IMG/VR virus record: IMGVR_UViG_3300029215_000002
Location: 1-64,000 of that record
Origin: a virus
DNA: 64,000 nt
Reading direction: 5' to 3' (one strand)
The position numbers and the translations under genes were made by a program. Positions 19,669-28,894 of this stretch are shown here, piece after piece. The notes beneath the pieces are model-generated. The model did no database searches and was not told the DNA's origin. It saw only the letters and a program-made list of their open reading frames with translations. Within the stretch, counting starts at the first letter, position 1. Each line of letters begins with the position of its first letter.

Positions 19669-20256
19669 TCACATCATTATGTGTTTCGCCATCTGAGTAA
19701 TACAAAACTCCTTAATTCCAAGGTCAATTCCAATTTCATTATTACTAACTGGTAATTTCTCTTTATCATTCTGATTTACCAAAACAGAAACATAATATTT
19801 ACCAGAAGGGTTTTGTGAAACTGTAACAGATTTAATTAGCCCTTCAAAATCTCTATGTTTCTTGACCCTAATTAAACCTATTTTAGGTAATTTAATATAT
19901 CTATCAGATACATATATATTTCCACCTTGATTGTTAGTCGTGTAAGAGTAGTTGTGATTTTTCTTACTTTTGAATTTAGGGAAACCTACTTCTGGTCTTT
20001 TGAAGAAATTATTATAAGCCGTTTGTAAATTCATCTGTGCATTTGCTAACGCAAGAGAATCAACTTCTTTTAACCACTCAAACTCTTTCTTGTATTGAGC
20101 AGGTGTATTGTTAAGTTTCTTTTTTGTTTCCTTATAATACTCAATCTTATCTGAAAGCATACGATTATAGATGAATCGTACACATCCAAAACACTTTGCA
20201 AAATATTCTTTTTGTTCTTCGTTAGGATACAATCTGTATTTATATGCAATTAACAC
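19669..20256 (-). pseudogene. tnpB: Truncated TnpB (IS200/IS605/IS607 OrfB) N-terminal fragment, 195 aa, ending just after the RuvC-I motif
   Basis: N-terminal YRLYPNEEQKEYFAKCFGCVRFIYNRML and RuvC-I GIDLGIKEF are present. RuvC-II, the zinc finger and RuvC-III are missing. Paralogous to the intact TnpB at 36091..37281. Confidence 0.7.
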
Positions 20257-20303
20257 CTATAATCACTTCCTTTCATTTATATATTCTCTGTTTCATCGTC
20301 TTG

Positions 20304-20696
20304 CTACATACTTCTATATCTCTTTAACATTTCAGCATAAACTTCATCATTAGAAGCATAATATTCATCATCTAATATCTTCTGAATTTCCTGCTTACGC
20401 TTATTCATTTCTTTCTTTAACTTCTCTTTTTCTTTACGCTGTTCAACTCGTTTTTCAAATGCTGAAATATCAATTTTACCTATAACTTCTGCTGTAATAT
20501 TCTTTTTGCATCTTTCGGTTGCTTCTTCTACACTAATAATTTCAGAAATCTTTGATGGAGCAGAATAACCACTCAATATAACATAATCTCCAACATTATA
20601 AACATTACCATCTTCATAAATTGCAAAATGATATGAATTGCAACCATAGTTAATAACAGCTACTTTAGTGAAACCTTCTAATTTTAATTTTGTCAT
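20304..20696 (-). CDS. hypothetical protein (130 aa)
   Basis: minus-strand ORF. Confidence 0.45.
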   Translation of the reverse strand: MTKLKLEGFTKVAVINYGCNSYHFAIYEDGNVYNVGDYVILSGYSAPSKISEIISVEEATERCKKNITAEVIGKIDISAFEKRVEQRKEKEKLKKEMNKRKQEIQKILDDEYYASNDEVYAEMLKRYRSM

Positions 20697-20707
20697 AATA
20701 ATCCTCC

Positions 20708-21157
20708 TTATTCTGCATCAATAACTAAATTTCCATTACCGTCTACATAAATATTTGCTTTTGACAACTTCGTAGACACTGAACCTTTATTTGTTTCAAT
20801 AATAATTTCTCTGTTTGGATATGCCTTTCCAAGTTTTGTTAACATATCTTCTACCATATCTACCGAAGATATTTTACCTTTACTAACAACCCAATTTGTA
20901 AACTGTTCAAAATCTTTTTCAGTCATAACAACATCAGAGTAATAAAAATCCTTATTTGCAATAATTGCCCAAATTTTCTGAAGCTTTTTAATAAACGAAC
21001 TACTTTGTTCTCTATAGAAGTTGCCATTAGTAAAAGCAACAAAGGCACGGTCTGTTTCGTCTTCTTCTTTATTAATTTTTATATGTATACCGTCATTACA
21101 GCCACATTTACAACTTACAATTAGTTCATCGTTTTCGAAATTTTTTAATACTGCCAT
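20708..21157 (-). CDS. hypothetical protein (149 aa)
   Basis: minus-strand ORF. Confidence 0.45.
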   Translation of the reverse strand: MAVLKNFENDELIVSCKCGCNDGIHIKINKEEDETDRAFVAFTNGNFYREQSSSFIKKLQKIWAIIANKDFYYSDVVMTEKDFEQFTNWVVSKGKISSVDMVEDMLTKLGKAYPNREIIIETNKGSVSTKLSKANIYVDGNGNLVIDAE

Positions 21158-21182
21158 TTTAATTTCTCCTTTTGTAAATTAT

Positions 21183-21416
21183 TTATTGTATTAATTTAGA
21201 TAACACTTTGACGCTTTCAATAATTATTCCAACAAACATAACACCTAAACCAGTAAACATTCCAGATATAATAGAACTGCCGATAATATGTTTTATGTCA
21301 AATAATTTTAAGCACATATCTCGTAGTTCTTTAAAACCAAAAAGAACTAACAAATATCCTACTGCGCCAACTACAAAACCAATCAAACCAGCTTTGCATG
21401 TCATAACTCCAAACAT
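21183..21416 (-). CDS. small two-TM membrane protein (77 aa)
   Basis: Hydrophobic segments GLIGFVVGAVGYLLVLFGF and GMFTGLGVMFVGIII. Confidence 0.45.
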   Translation of the reverse strand: MFGVMTCKAGLIGFVVGAVGYLLVLFGFKELRDMCLKLFDIKHIIGSSIISGMFTGLGVMFVGIIIESVKVLSKLIQ

Positions 21417-22087
21417 CAGTTTTCACCACCTAATAATTCCAAAGCTACTTTATAATATTTAGTTCTCCCTTTATATTCAGAAGAACTAACTTTGCTCAAT
21501 TCAAGTTTTATCTTACCAATGGTATATTGATGAGTGATAGCATCTTCCATGACCTGAATGAATCTTATACACTGCTTTAATTTCTTATGCTTGTCTCTAA
21601 TATCATCTAGCAAATAACCAACCTTTGCCATTCTATGAGCTTGTGGTTTCTTACCACCTCTATTTTCTCTATAAGTCTGTAATGCGTGTTCAATATCAGA
21701 TTCAGCACTATCACATCTACTTAATTCTGCTATAAGTAGATTTTTATATGTATTAAGCTGTTCCATGTCCCAGCCTGCTAATCCTAGAAGATTATTTGTT
21801 TCATTTATTATCTTGTCTAGCATTGAATAATCAAAATTACTTTCATCCATATAAACTCCATCATTACCTTTGTAGTAAAGAGATAATCCTGATTCTTCAT
21901 TTTTATCTACATCAACAAGCTGATAATTTCTTAGCCATGATAACCTTTTGCCGCCTCTCTGAACTAATGACCTTGCTTGTTTGTAGGTAAATTCTTTTGC
22001 TTTTAATGGCGAAGTTGTTGCTAGATACTCACCTATCTTCATAGGATTTTCCATTACATAATTCTTACCATTGGTTAAAATAAACAC
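21416..22087 (-). CDS. hypothetical protein (223 aa)
   Basis: minus-strand ORF. Confidence 0.5.
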   Translation of the reverse strand: MFILTNGKNYVMENPMKIGEYLATTSPLKAKEFTYKQARSLVQRGGKRLSWLRNYQLVDVDKNEESGLSLYYKGNDGVYMDESNFDYSMLDKIINETNNLLGLAGWDMEQLNTYKNLLIAELSRCDSAESDIEHALQTYRENRGGKKPQAHRMAKVGYLLDDIRDKHKKLKQCIRFIQVMEDAITHQYTIGKIKLELSKVSSSEYKGRTKYYKVALELLGGEN

Positions 22088-22117
22088 TTTCTTATTCTCC
22101 TTTCTTATTGTAAATAA

Positions 22118-22189
22118 CGGGGCTAATCGGATTCGAACCGATGAATGCAGAGATCAAAACCCTGTGCCTTACCACTTGGCGATAGCCCT
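22118..22189 (-). tRNA. tRNA-Gln: tRNA-Gln (anticodon UUG), 72 nt, no encoded CCA
   Basis: Hand-folded cloverleaf: acceptor AGGGCUA/UAGCCCC, D-arm GCCA-AGUGGUA-AGGC, anticodon stem CAGGG/CUCUG with loop UUUUGAU, T-arm AUCGG-UUCGAAU-CCGAU, discriminator G. Very similar to E. coli tRNA-Gln. Position 1:72 is an A·C mismatch. Confidence 0.8.
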
Positions 22190-22224
22190 ATATTTTGTGA
22201 TGAATTAACTCATCACAATTATTT

Positions 22225-22542
22225 TCACTTTTTGTTACCTAATTTAATAAATCTTTCGATTAAATTAAAGAATATTATTACTAGAGCTGCTATGATAATA
22301 CTTAGAATAGAACTGAAAAAATGAACTAACTTTAGACAAATTCCAAATATATTCTTTCCAGTAAAATCAAAATATCTCTCAAAGATATTTCCAAAAATAA
22401 CATATAAACAAAATTCGATTATTGTTGATTCGCTATATTCATTACATGATTCACTCATCATCATCTCTAAAACTAAGAATTCTATCAAATTTACAAACAT
22501 TAAATATATAACTAAAATAATTCCTAAAAAACCTATCAACAT
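22225..22542 (-). CDS. polytopic membrane protein (105 aa)
   Basis: Strongly hydrophobic throughout. Confidence 0.45.
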   Translation of the reverse strand: MLIGFLGIILVIYLMFVNLIEFLVLEMMMSESCNEYSESTIIEFCLYVIFGNIFERYFDFTGKNIFGICLKLVHFFSSILSIIIAALVIIFFNLIERFIKLGNKK

Positions 22543-22560
22543 TCATATCACATCCAATCT

Positions 22561-22869
22561 TCAAAACATCAAATCTTCAAAGTCAACTATCTTTTTGAAA
22601 CTTCGATTATTATATAGTTCACTCTTTTTTCTTCGTACTATTCTGTTTGCATGCTTCTTAGCATATTTAAATAAACTCCAATTAGATCTAACATAAGATT
22701 TAGAGATTATATTAACTGGAGGTGGATAATGACCAAAGCTATGTATTGTTTGTAAATGCTTCTTATATTTATATTCGCTTTTTCTTCTTTTACGATGTCG
22801 TTTCTTTTTATAATCTGTCGCTGTGAGAGTAACGTCATATTCTTTCACATTATCCACTTCCTTTAACAT
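22561..22869 (-). CDS. highly basic protein (102 aa; KKKRHRKRRK)
   Basis: minus-strand ORF; lysine/arginine-rich. Confidence 0.4.
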   Translation of the reverse strand: MLKEVDNVKEYDVTLTATDYKKKRHRKRRKSEYKYKKHLQTIHSFGHYPPPVNIISKSYVRSNWSLFKYAKKHANRIVRRKKSELYNNRSFKKIVDFEDLMF

Positions 22870-22872
22870 TAT

Positions 22873-23382
22873 TTATACAGTTTCATCATATACTCTAATA
22901 GACTTTACTGCACCTTTTAGTCCGCCAGACGAAACATAAGACATATCTCCCATTTTCTTACAAGTCTTGTCCAATGATTTAGTGTCAACAATAAATTCTA
23001 CAACACAACCATTTTTACCAAGTCTGTTACTTGAATCAGTATGTTTATTATCTTTACCGTCTGCAAGAACACATTTAACTACTGTACCATTCTCCATAAC
23101 AATATCTAACTTTGTACCAATTGTTGTACAATAATAACTTCCTACGGCAATACAGTATCTACCATCAATAGTTCTTATACCATACTTACCAGTAGTTGCT
23201 CTTTTCTGTAACTTATATTGGTAAGAAGTTCTATCTGTTATAGCTTTATAACTCATATAGGTCTTCTTACTTGCTCCTACAGGAACTGCTTTTGTTGTAT
23301 AACTAGCTCCATACGCATTTAAACAACTAACGACTACTGCCGTTATAGCTACCACACTTTTAATAATTTTCTTTACACTCAT
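22873..23382 (-). CDS. secreted protein with a possible 3D-domain-like (cell-wall hydrolase) region
   Basis: N-terminal signal peptide MSVKKIIKSVVAITAVVVSCLNAYG. GTKLDIVMENGTVVKCVLADGKD weakly resembles the 3D/YuiC motif GTKIYIEG...DTGGAIKG. Confidence 0.35.
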   Translation of the reverse strand: MSVKKIIKSVVAITAVVVSCLNAYGASYTTKAVPVGASKKTYMSYKAITDRTSYQYKLQKRATTGKYGIRTIDGRYCIAVGSYYCTTIGTKLDIVMENGTVVKCVLADGKDNKHTDSSNRLGKNGCVVEFIVDTKSLDKTCKKMGDMSYVSSGGLKGAVKSIRVYDETV

Positions 23383-23570
23383 ATATTCACTCTTTCGTAC
23401 TTGCTATCCAACCACGTTATGCAGGCATTGATAGCATCTTCTTTTCTGATGAATGTTTCGCCATTAGGAATTGAAAATTTGAACCCATCTAAATCAACTC
23501 TTGCCATACTAACTAATAATGGTGCAATCTCTTCCAATGACATATTTCGTAACCTATCAATCTGTCTCAT
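23379..23570 (-). CDS. hypothetical protein (63 aa)
   Basis: minus-strand ORF. Confidence 0.35.
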   Translation of the reverse strand: MRQIDRLRNMSLEEIAPLLVSMARVDLDGFKFSIPNGETFIRKEDAINACITWLDSKYERVNI

Positions 23571-23591
23571 ATGTATATTCCCTTTTTAACA

Positions 23592-24461
23592 TCACTTCTT
23601 ATCTGTTACTACAGTTGATGTACCGTTAATTGTTACCCAGCCATGCTTAACTCTTGCTTCAGCTTCTTTCATTCTAATAAGTTCGTCAGTAATAGAAGAA
23701 CTTAGCTGCTTATTGGCTTCTGCCTGAGCTTTTGCTTCTATTAACTGAGCGTCTGCTTTAGCCTGTGCTTCTGTTCTTGTCTTTTCAGCATCGGCTTTTG
23801 CCTTCTTGATAGCAGTCTGATTATTAATTTCCTGTGTTTCTGCTGCCTGCTGTGCCGTAATCTTTGCGTTAATAGCTTCCTGAGTCTTCTCATCGACTGT
23901 AATATTAATAAGAGAAACATTGCTTATTGTTATGCCATAAGGGTCAAACTTCTTATTGAGATAATTTGTAAGCGCAGTATTAACATTTGCTCTTTCTGAA
24001 CCAAGAATATCTGATACCTTATAATTCGCTACTACTTCTTTAGTCCAAGAGATAATATTTGGCTTAATGAAGCTTTCTCTTACTTCTTTACCAGACTGAC
24101 CACGGAATCTTGTGAATAAACCAGAAACCTTGTCAGCATTATATTGATATGTAAATGTAAGGTCTATCTGAATAGCCTTGCCTTCTGATGAGCTAGCTGA
24201 GAAACTATCATTCTCACTAGAATCACCATTCTTACCAGCTGTCAAATAAGACTGTTCAAGGCTAGTTGAATATAAAGTTGTCTTCACCATAGGTGATTTA
24301 AAATGCCAACCTTGAGTTAAAACCTTGTCTTTAACGCCACCATTCATGCTGTACTGTATTGCTACATAACCAGCAGGTACTCTGACCGTTGATTTCGCAA
24401 ACAAAATTACTACTATAAGCAATACTATACCTGATATAATTCCACCAATTGTCTTTTTCAT
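23592..24461 (-). CDS. SPFH/band-7 (prohibitin/HflKC-like) membrane protein
   Basis: N-terminal TM segment, then VRVPAGYVAIQYSM..., then a long A/Q/E/K-rich coiled-coil tail typical of SPFH proteins. Confidence 0.65.
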   Translation of the reverse strand: MKKTIGGIISGIVLLIVVILFAKSTVRVPAGYVAIQYSMNGGVKDKVLTQGWHFKSPMVKTTLYSTSLEQSYLTAGKNGDSSENDSFSASSSEGKAIQIDLTFTYQYNADKVSGLFTRFRGQSGKEVRESFIKPNIISWTKEVVANYKVSDILGSERANVNTALTNYLNKKFDPYGITISNVSLINITVDEKTQEAINAKITAQQAAETQEINNQTAIKKAKADAEKTRTEAQAKADAQLIEAKAQAEANKQLSSSITDELIRMKEAEARVKHGWVTINGTSTVVTDKK

Positions 24462-24464
24462 TTT

Positions 24465-24605
24465 TTAATTCTCCTTTTCTTCATCTTCATTTATAAAACT
24501 ATTTACCATATCCATTATCCACGAACCAATCTTTGTGAATAATGGCGACATCAAAAGCCATAAGACTATTAATGCAATACATAATAAGATTAAAAATACC
24601 GACAT
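24465..24605 (-). CDS. small membrane protein (46 aa) directly upstream of the SPFH gene; not in the ORF track
   Basis: MSVFLILLCIALIVLWLLMSPLFTKIGSWIMDMVNSFINEDEEKGE; RBS AGAGGTGA. Confidence 0.35.
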   Translation of the reverse strand: MSVFLILLCIALIVLWLLMSPLFTKIGSWIMDMVNSFINEDEEKEN

Positions 24606-24623
24606 ATATAACTTCACCTCTTT

Positions 24624-25127
24624 CTAGCAAAATTCTCCTTCTATAAACACATAACCATTTTCATCCCTATAATAATTAGAAACATCATCAAAGGGATTTA
24701 ATTTTGCATATTCAATATGGTCATATGGAATGGTAATATCATAATCATCCTTTGTTCCTTCGATAAAATACTTAGTTCCACCAAACAATTTATCAGGAAC
24801 ACCTTTTGGAACATATTTCATATACTTAACTTCTTGATGTTCTTTCCAATCAATAAGTTCCTCTTGTAATTCCTTAATTGAAATCTCAGTACCATATTCA
24901 TCATAAATATCTATAACATCGTGATGTCTGGATAAAAATTCTATCATTTCTTTCACCGACTTATATGCTTTGTTATGTCTTTCAAATATAGGACACCAAC
25001 CATAGCTTCTTTTACCTACATGTATTTCATATCCCCAATATGGCTCGTCCACAATTCGATACTCATCTGAAAAATACTTCTCTGCAAGATTCTTATTTGA
25101 TGTTATTATGTAATAGTTTGTACTCAT
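24624..25127 (-). CDS. hypothetical protein (167 aa)
   Basis: minus-strand ORF. Confidence 0.45.
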   Translation of the reverse strand: MSTNYYIITSNKNLAEKYFSDEYRIVDEPYWGYEIHVGKRSYGWCPIFERHNKAYKSVKEMIEFLSRHHDVIDIYDEYGTEISIKELQEELIDWKEHQEVKYMKYVPKGVPDKLFGGTKYFIEGTKDDYDITIPYDHIEYAKLNPFDDVSNYYRDENGYVFIEGEFC

Positions 25128-25131
25128 TAAT

Positions 25132-25422
25132 TTATTCTCCTACTAGAATCCATAATTTCCTCTTCTTACTAACTTTTAATTCGTTAATGAAGTCTACTTT
25201 ATCCAGATTAACAACAAGGTTTGGTTTATTTCTTCTGATTTCACTTATTGACGGGTAAATACCTAACTCAACAAGAATTTTTGGCAAGTATCTTTCTTTT
25301 GTATAATAGGTTTTCTCCTGCTCAAAGTTTTTCCAGTCAGTCTCATTTAAAGCAAAAACATCTTGAGGAGAAATTAAAGGTTTTCCTATTACTACATTCT
25401 CTATGTATTTCAGTTTAATCAC
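25132..25422 (-). CDS. hypothetical protein (96 aa)
   Basis: minus-strand ORF. Confidence 0.4.
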   Translation of the reverse strand: MIKLKYIENVVIGKPLISPQDVFALNETDWKNFEQEKTYYTKERYLPKILVELGIYPSISEIRRNKPNLVVNLDKVDFINELKVSKKRKLWILVGE

Positions 25423-25443
25423 CTCCTTTAAATACCGATTTTA

Positions 25444-25686
25444 TTAATTATCAGATTGCTCATCTTCATCGTTTACAAAGAGTCCATGTCCTCTACGCCA
25501 ATAAGTACAACAACCTAAAACACAACTATTTGCCACTTGTCGTGCTATTCTTGATGCCATTTTTAACGACTCTCTAATAACTGTTCCACTCCTGCCGTTC
25601 CCTTTACCATTCTCAACCTTTTGTATTTCAGCTTTTGCTATTTCAAGAGATTTAATAGCATAATCTATCTTCTCTAATTGTGTCAT
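25444..25686 (-). CDS. hypothetical protein (80 aa)
   Basis: minus-strand ORF. Confidence 0.4.
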   Translation of the reverse strand: MTQLEKIDYAIKSLEIAKAEIQKVENGKGNGRSGTVIRESLKMASRIARQVANSCVLGCCTYWRRGHGLFVNDEDEQSDN

Positions 25687-26231
25687 TATATTTCCTCCAA
25701 GTCTCTGAGTTCACAAGAGATATAATTATAACTATTCAATATATCTCTAAGCCTTTTAATCTGGCTATTTATATATTCTCTATTTGCCTTTTTGTTTTTC
25801 CACGCATTCTGTTTCTGACGCTCTAATTTTCTAAGCTTGTCTAAAAGTCTTTCATATTTAAAAGTAATATCTACTTCTTTAATAATCTCTACTTCTATTT
25901 TTTCTCCACAATAAGGGCAATAATGAATAGTAGAGTTATAATTTACTTTCTGCAAACTATCCCAATTCTGTAACAACTCTTGTTTGCATAACTTAAACTT
26001 AGGAAAACTATTGCTGTAATCAATCTTATCTAAACACCTACATTTCTTACATTCGTCATCTGGGTAAGTATCTCTATTGTCACAGCCAGAGCAAAATAAT
26101 TCAGGAGTTTCAATATTGTTCGTCAACTGAATCATAGGGTTGCGTTCTAATTTCTGACAGCAATAGTGAAACTGTCTATATTTATATGTAGTTTTATCAC
26201 CAATAATATATTTAATTAACTCTACTTTCAC
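25686..26231 (-). CDS. hypothetical Cys-rich (zinc-finger-like) protein (181 aa)
   Basis: CSGCDNRD...CKKCRC...YCPYCGEKI. Confidence 0.45.
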   Translation of the reverse strand: MKVELIKYIIGDKTTYKYRQFHYCCQKLERNPMIQLTNNIETPELFCSGCDNRDTYPDDECKKCRCLDKIDYSNSFPKFKLCKQELLQNWDSLQKVNYNSTIHYCPYCGEKIEVEIIKEVDITFKYERLLDKLRKLERQKQNAWKNKKANREYINSQIKRLRDILNSYNYISCELRDLEEI

Positions 26232-26545
26232 GCTGACACCCCATTAAGTTGATTTTTAATTCTAATAACTTCATCTAAAGCACTTGTTAGAGAAGCTTCG
26301 TGCTTTTCTCTATACAACTCAACTGCTTTAACATAATTGCCAACTCTAATACATTCTTCTACTGTTGGTTCAAGAATTTCTCTCTTTATACCTTTACAAG
26401 AAGCTGCGTATTGTCTTATCGCAGCTAAATCATCACATGGAATACTCTTTTTATGATTTACATTTGCAATTAAACTTAATTCATAATTGGTAATAATGCC
26501 TCCATTTACCAATTCGAAGTATAAAATTTTACTCATAATACTCAT
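26228..26545 (-). CDS. hypothetical protein (105 aa)
   Basis: minus-strand ORF. Confidence 0.4.
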   Translation of the reverse strand: MSIMSKILYFELVNGGIITNYELSLIANVNHKKSIPCDDLAAIRQYAASCKGIKREILEPTVEECIRVGNYVKAVELYREKHEASLTSALDEVIRIKNQLNGVSA

Positions 26546-26559
26546 TCCTTTCTATATAT

Positions 26560-27939
26560 TTACATTGTAATGAAGTTGTCTACATCATTCTTCATCACTA
26601 AGTAATTCTCTTTTTGGTCTCTGATATATGTATTGTTTTTATCGAAGTAATCGATGAACCAATCTTTTAATTCAATTTCCTTTTCAAAGCTATAAGCTAC
26701 AATCGATAATAAAGACAACCTATTTTCTTTTTCTAATAGCCTTGAGCTGTTGTCTACTTCGACAGTATAATCATCTAGCATTGAACTAAACAATTCCATT
26801 CTATCTTCATCTACTTCGACAGAAGTAACATCTGTTACAAACTGTTCTACCTCTTCCTTTGTATATTCTCTACTTGGTTCTGGAATTTCTTCTTGAAAGT
26901 ATTCTTTCATTAACTTTTCGAGCATATCTAATTTTGCAAAGACAACCTTTTTATCTTTGCTATTTTTATCCTTATCATATGTATCAAAAGTTTTATCCTC
27001 ATACTCTGAGAATGTTTTGTTATGTAAGTTATTCTTAAACTCTAAAAGGAAGTCATTAAATCTCGCAGGTTCTATTTTATAGTCCAAGAATTTATGGAAC
27101 AAACTAAAGAATAAGAAGCTATTCTTTACATTGAACAATTTACCTGTTTCTTCATCAACAATATTAGCCAACATATCTAGTTCGTTGTTTAATGTATCAA
27201 ATTCTTCTTTGTTTGCGTTTTCATTTAAGTGTTTAAGTAAAGCTTGTCCTCTTGTATACTTATCAGAATGGAACATTATTGTTATTGTTTCATACACAGT
27301 TCTATTAAGCTTTCCGTTTTTAATTTCTGACTCTGTATAATTTCCATAATCCTTGAAGAAATTATTGTTAATTGTATCTTTTATATATGTAGCAATATTA
27401 GACATAGGAAGAATATTTTTCTCTTCTGCATTCATACTTGTCTGTCTGTTATATCTGGCAATATGATAAGCAATTTCTTCGTCTGTGCAATCCAAATGTT
27501 TAACTACCTCTATTGGGTAACTGTCGAAAGCATCTTGTAATTCTTCAGGCAAATCTTTAAAGCGCTTACCTCTTAAATCATATTTAACTACTTTCATTTC
27601 TTCGTTTATGCACTGTTGATAATATACAAAAGGCATTTCTAAATTCTTACTTATCCTAAAAGCACCGTTTTTATACTCTTCAAGAGTAGTTAATCTCTGT
27701 AAACCGTCTATCAACCATAAAATAAAATCTGTTTCGTTTAAAATTTGTTCGCAAATTTTAAGAGAATCTAAGTCTTCACCTTTTATTATAGTAGAGACTA
27801 GACCACTCTTCGCAATGAGTTTCCAACGGTCAGCATGTCTCTGTAGAGGATGATTTTTATTCAACTGTCCTCTCTTGAACATATTCAAAAGAACTTTAAC
27901 CATATATACATCTTTTTTCGTCTTGTCTCTACCAAGCAT
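26560..27939 (-). CDS. DUF262 (ParB/Srx-like nuclease N-terminal domain, DGLQR motif) protein with a long acidic C-terminal region, 459 aa
   Basis: LIDGLQRLTTL matches the DGQQR signature of DUF262/GmrS-like domains. No HNH/DUF1524-like His motif is visible in the C-terminal half. Confidence 0.6.
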   Translation of the reverse strand: MLGRDKTKKDVYMVKVLLNMFKRGQLNKNHPLQRHADRWKLIAKSGLVSTIIKGEDLDSLKICEQILNETDFILWLIDGLQRLTTLEEYKNGAFRISKNLEMPFVYYQQCINEEMKVVKYDLRGKRFKDLPEELQDAFDSYPIEVVKHLDCTDEEIAYHIARYNRQTSMNAEEKNILPMSNIATYIKDTINNNFFKDYGNYTESEIKNGKLNRTVYETITIMFHSDKYTRGQALLKHLNENANKEEFDTLNNELDMLANIVDEETGKLFNVKNSFLFFSLFHKFLDYKIEPARFNDFLLEFKNNLHNKTFSEYEDKTFDTYDKDKNSKDKKVVFAKLDMLEKLMKEYFQEEIPEPSREYTKEEVEQFVTDVTSVEVDEDRMELFSSMLDDYTVEVDNSSRLLEKENRLSLLSIVAYSFEKEIELKDWFIDYFDKNNTYIRDQKENYLVMKNDVDNFITM

Positions 27940-27990
27940 TTTTCATTTCTCCTTTTATCTTTAATTTAATATCTTTAACAACTTTTTTGT

Positions 27991-28605
27991 TTATGTAAAC
28001 AAGATAGAGATATTTCTATAAGCTTTTAATCCTTCAATGGCATCTAAAAGCTCTTTTCTATCTATCTTTAATATTCTCTCAATTTCACTGTATGTATAAC
28101 CTCGTGACAGCAATACTGCCACCTTCTTCTGTTTGTCGGATAAATGTTCTAAATATTCATCCAGCTTTTCACTTGCTTTACCAAAGCATTGTTTGTGAAC
28201 ATCGGAGTCAGATTTAAGCCCGCTAAGATAATTCTGAACCTTCTTAGTAGGATTCTCCAACGATATATTCTTAACAAAAACATCATTGCCTTCATCATCC
28301 TTCATAACTACACTTCTCTTTTTTCTATTCCTATCTCTTATGTATGTAGAATACAATCTCTTCTTTAATGAAGAAACTAAGAACGGATGGAATCTACATA
28401 TCTTTTCGTTGTAATTTAAAAGACTGTCTAAAAACACAACCTGTGCCAAGCTATACAAGTCATCATAATCCTTTTGACTTATTCCACCAATTTTAATGAT
28501 GATTGGATAACAAGTTTGTTTTAGCTTCTGCATATTGTTATCACAATATTGGTGAACAATTTCCATTTGTTTTCCCGTTAAGTTGGAATATTTTTTATTT
28601 TCCAT
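27991..28605 (-). CDS. Sigma-70 family RNA polymerase sigma factor (small, ECF/SigH-like)
   Basis: C-terminal region-4 HTH LSDKQKKVAVLLSRGYTYSEIERILKI; the N-terminal half is region-2-like. Confidence 0.6.
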   Translation of the reverse strand: MENKKYSNLTGKQMEIVHQYCDNNMQKLKQTCYPIIIKIGGISQKDYDDLYSLAQVVFLDSLLNYNEKICRFHPFLVSSLKKRLYSTYIRDRNRKKRSVVMKDDEGNDVFVKNISLENPTKKVQNYLSGLKSDSDVHKQCFGKASEKLDEYLEHLSDKQKKVAVLLSRGYTYSEIERILKIDRKELLDAIEGLKAYRNISILFT

Positions 28606-28846
28606 TAAACTAGACCTCCTTTACTTATCACTATTCGCTTTTTGTTCGCTCAACATTGTTGTGTTTTATTCATTTCCAAAGAATTTGAGTGGCTAAAGCG
28701 TTTTATGTATTTTTCGTCTAACAACTTAACTATATTTTAATAAAATATCCTCTTTTCTGAATAATATATTTGTAATTCTCTATACAATATATCATTTTCT
28801 ATATCTTATGTCAATATGCTTTATATAGGTTTCTATATATTTTGTA

Positions 28847-28879
28847 TTGACTAATATATTTTATATGTTACAATATAAA
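28847..28879 (+). promoter_or_regulatory. sigma-70-like promoter for the XRE regulator gene (TTGACT, 16 nt spacer, TACAAT)
   Basis: ttgact aatatattttatatgt tacaat, 20 nt upstream of RBS GGAGGTGA and the ATG at 28895. Confidence 0.5.
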
Positions 28880-28894
28880 TATGGAGGTGACATT

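Noticed and set aside
22118-22189. The tRNA as an integration site (attP/attB overlap)
   Set aside because: The integrase is 11 kb away. I found no duplicated tRNA 3' fragment. The tRNA looks complete and is more simply a phage-encoded tRNA.
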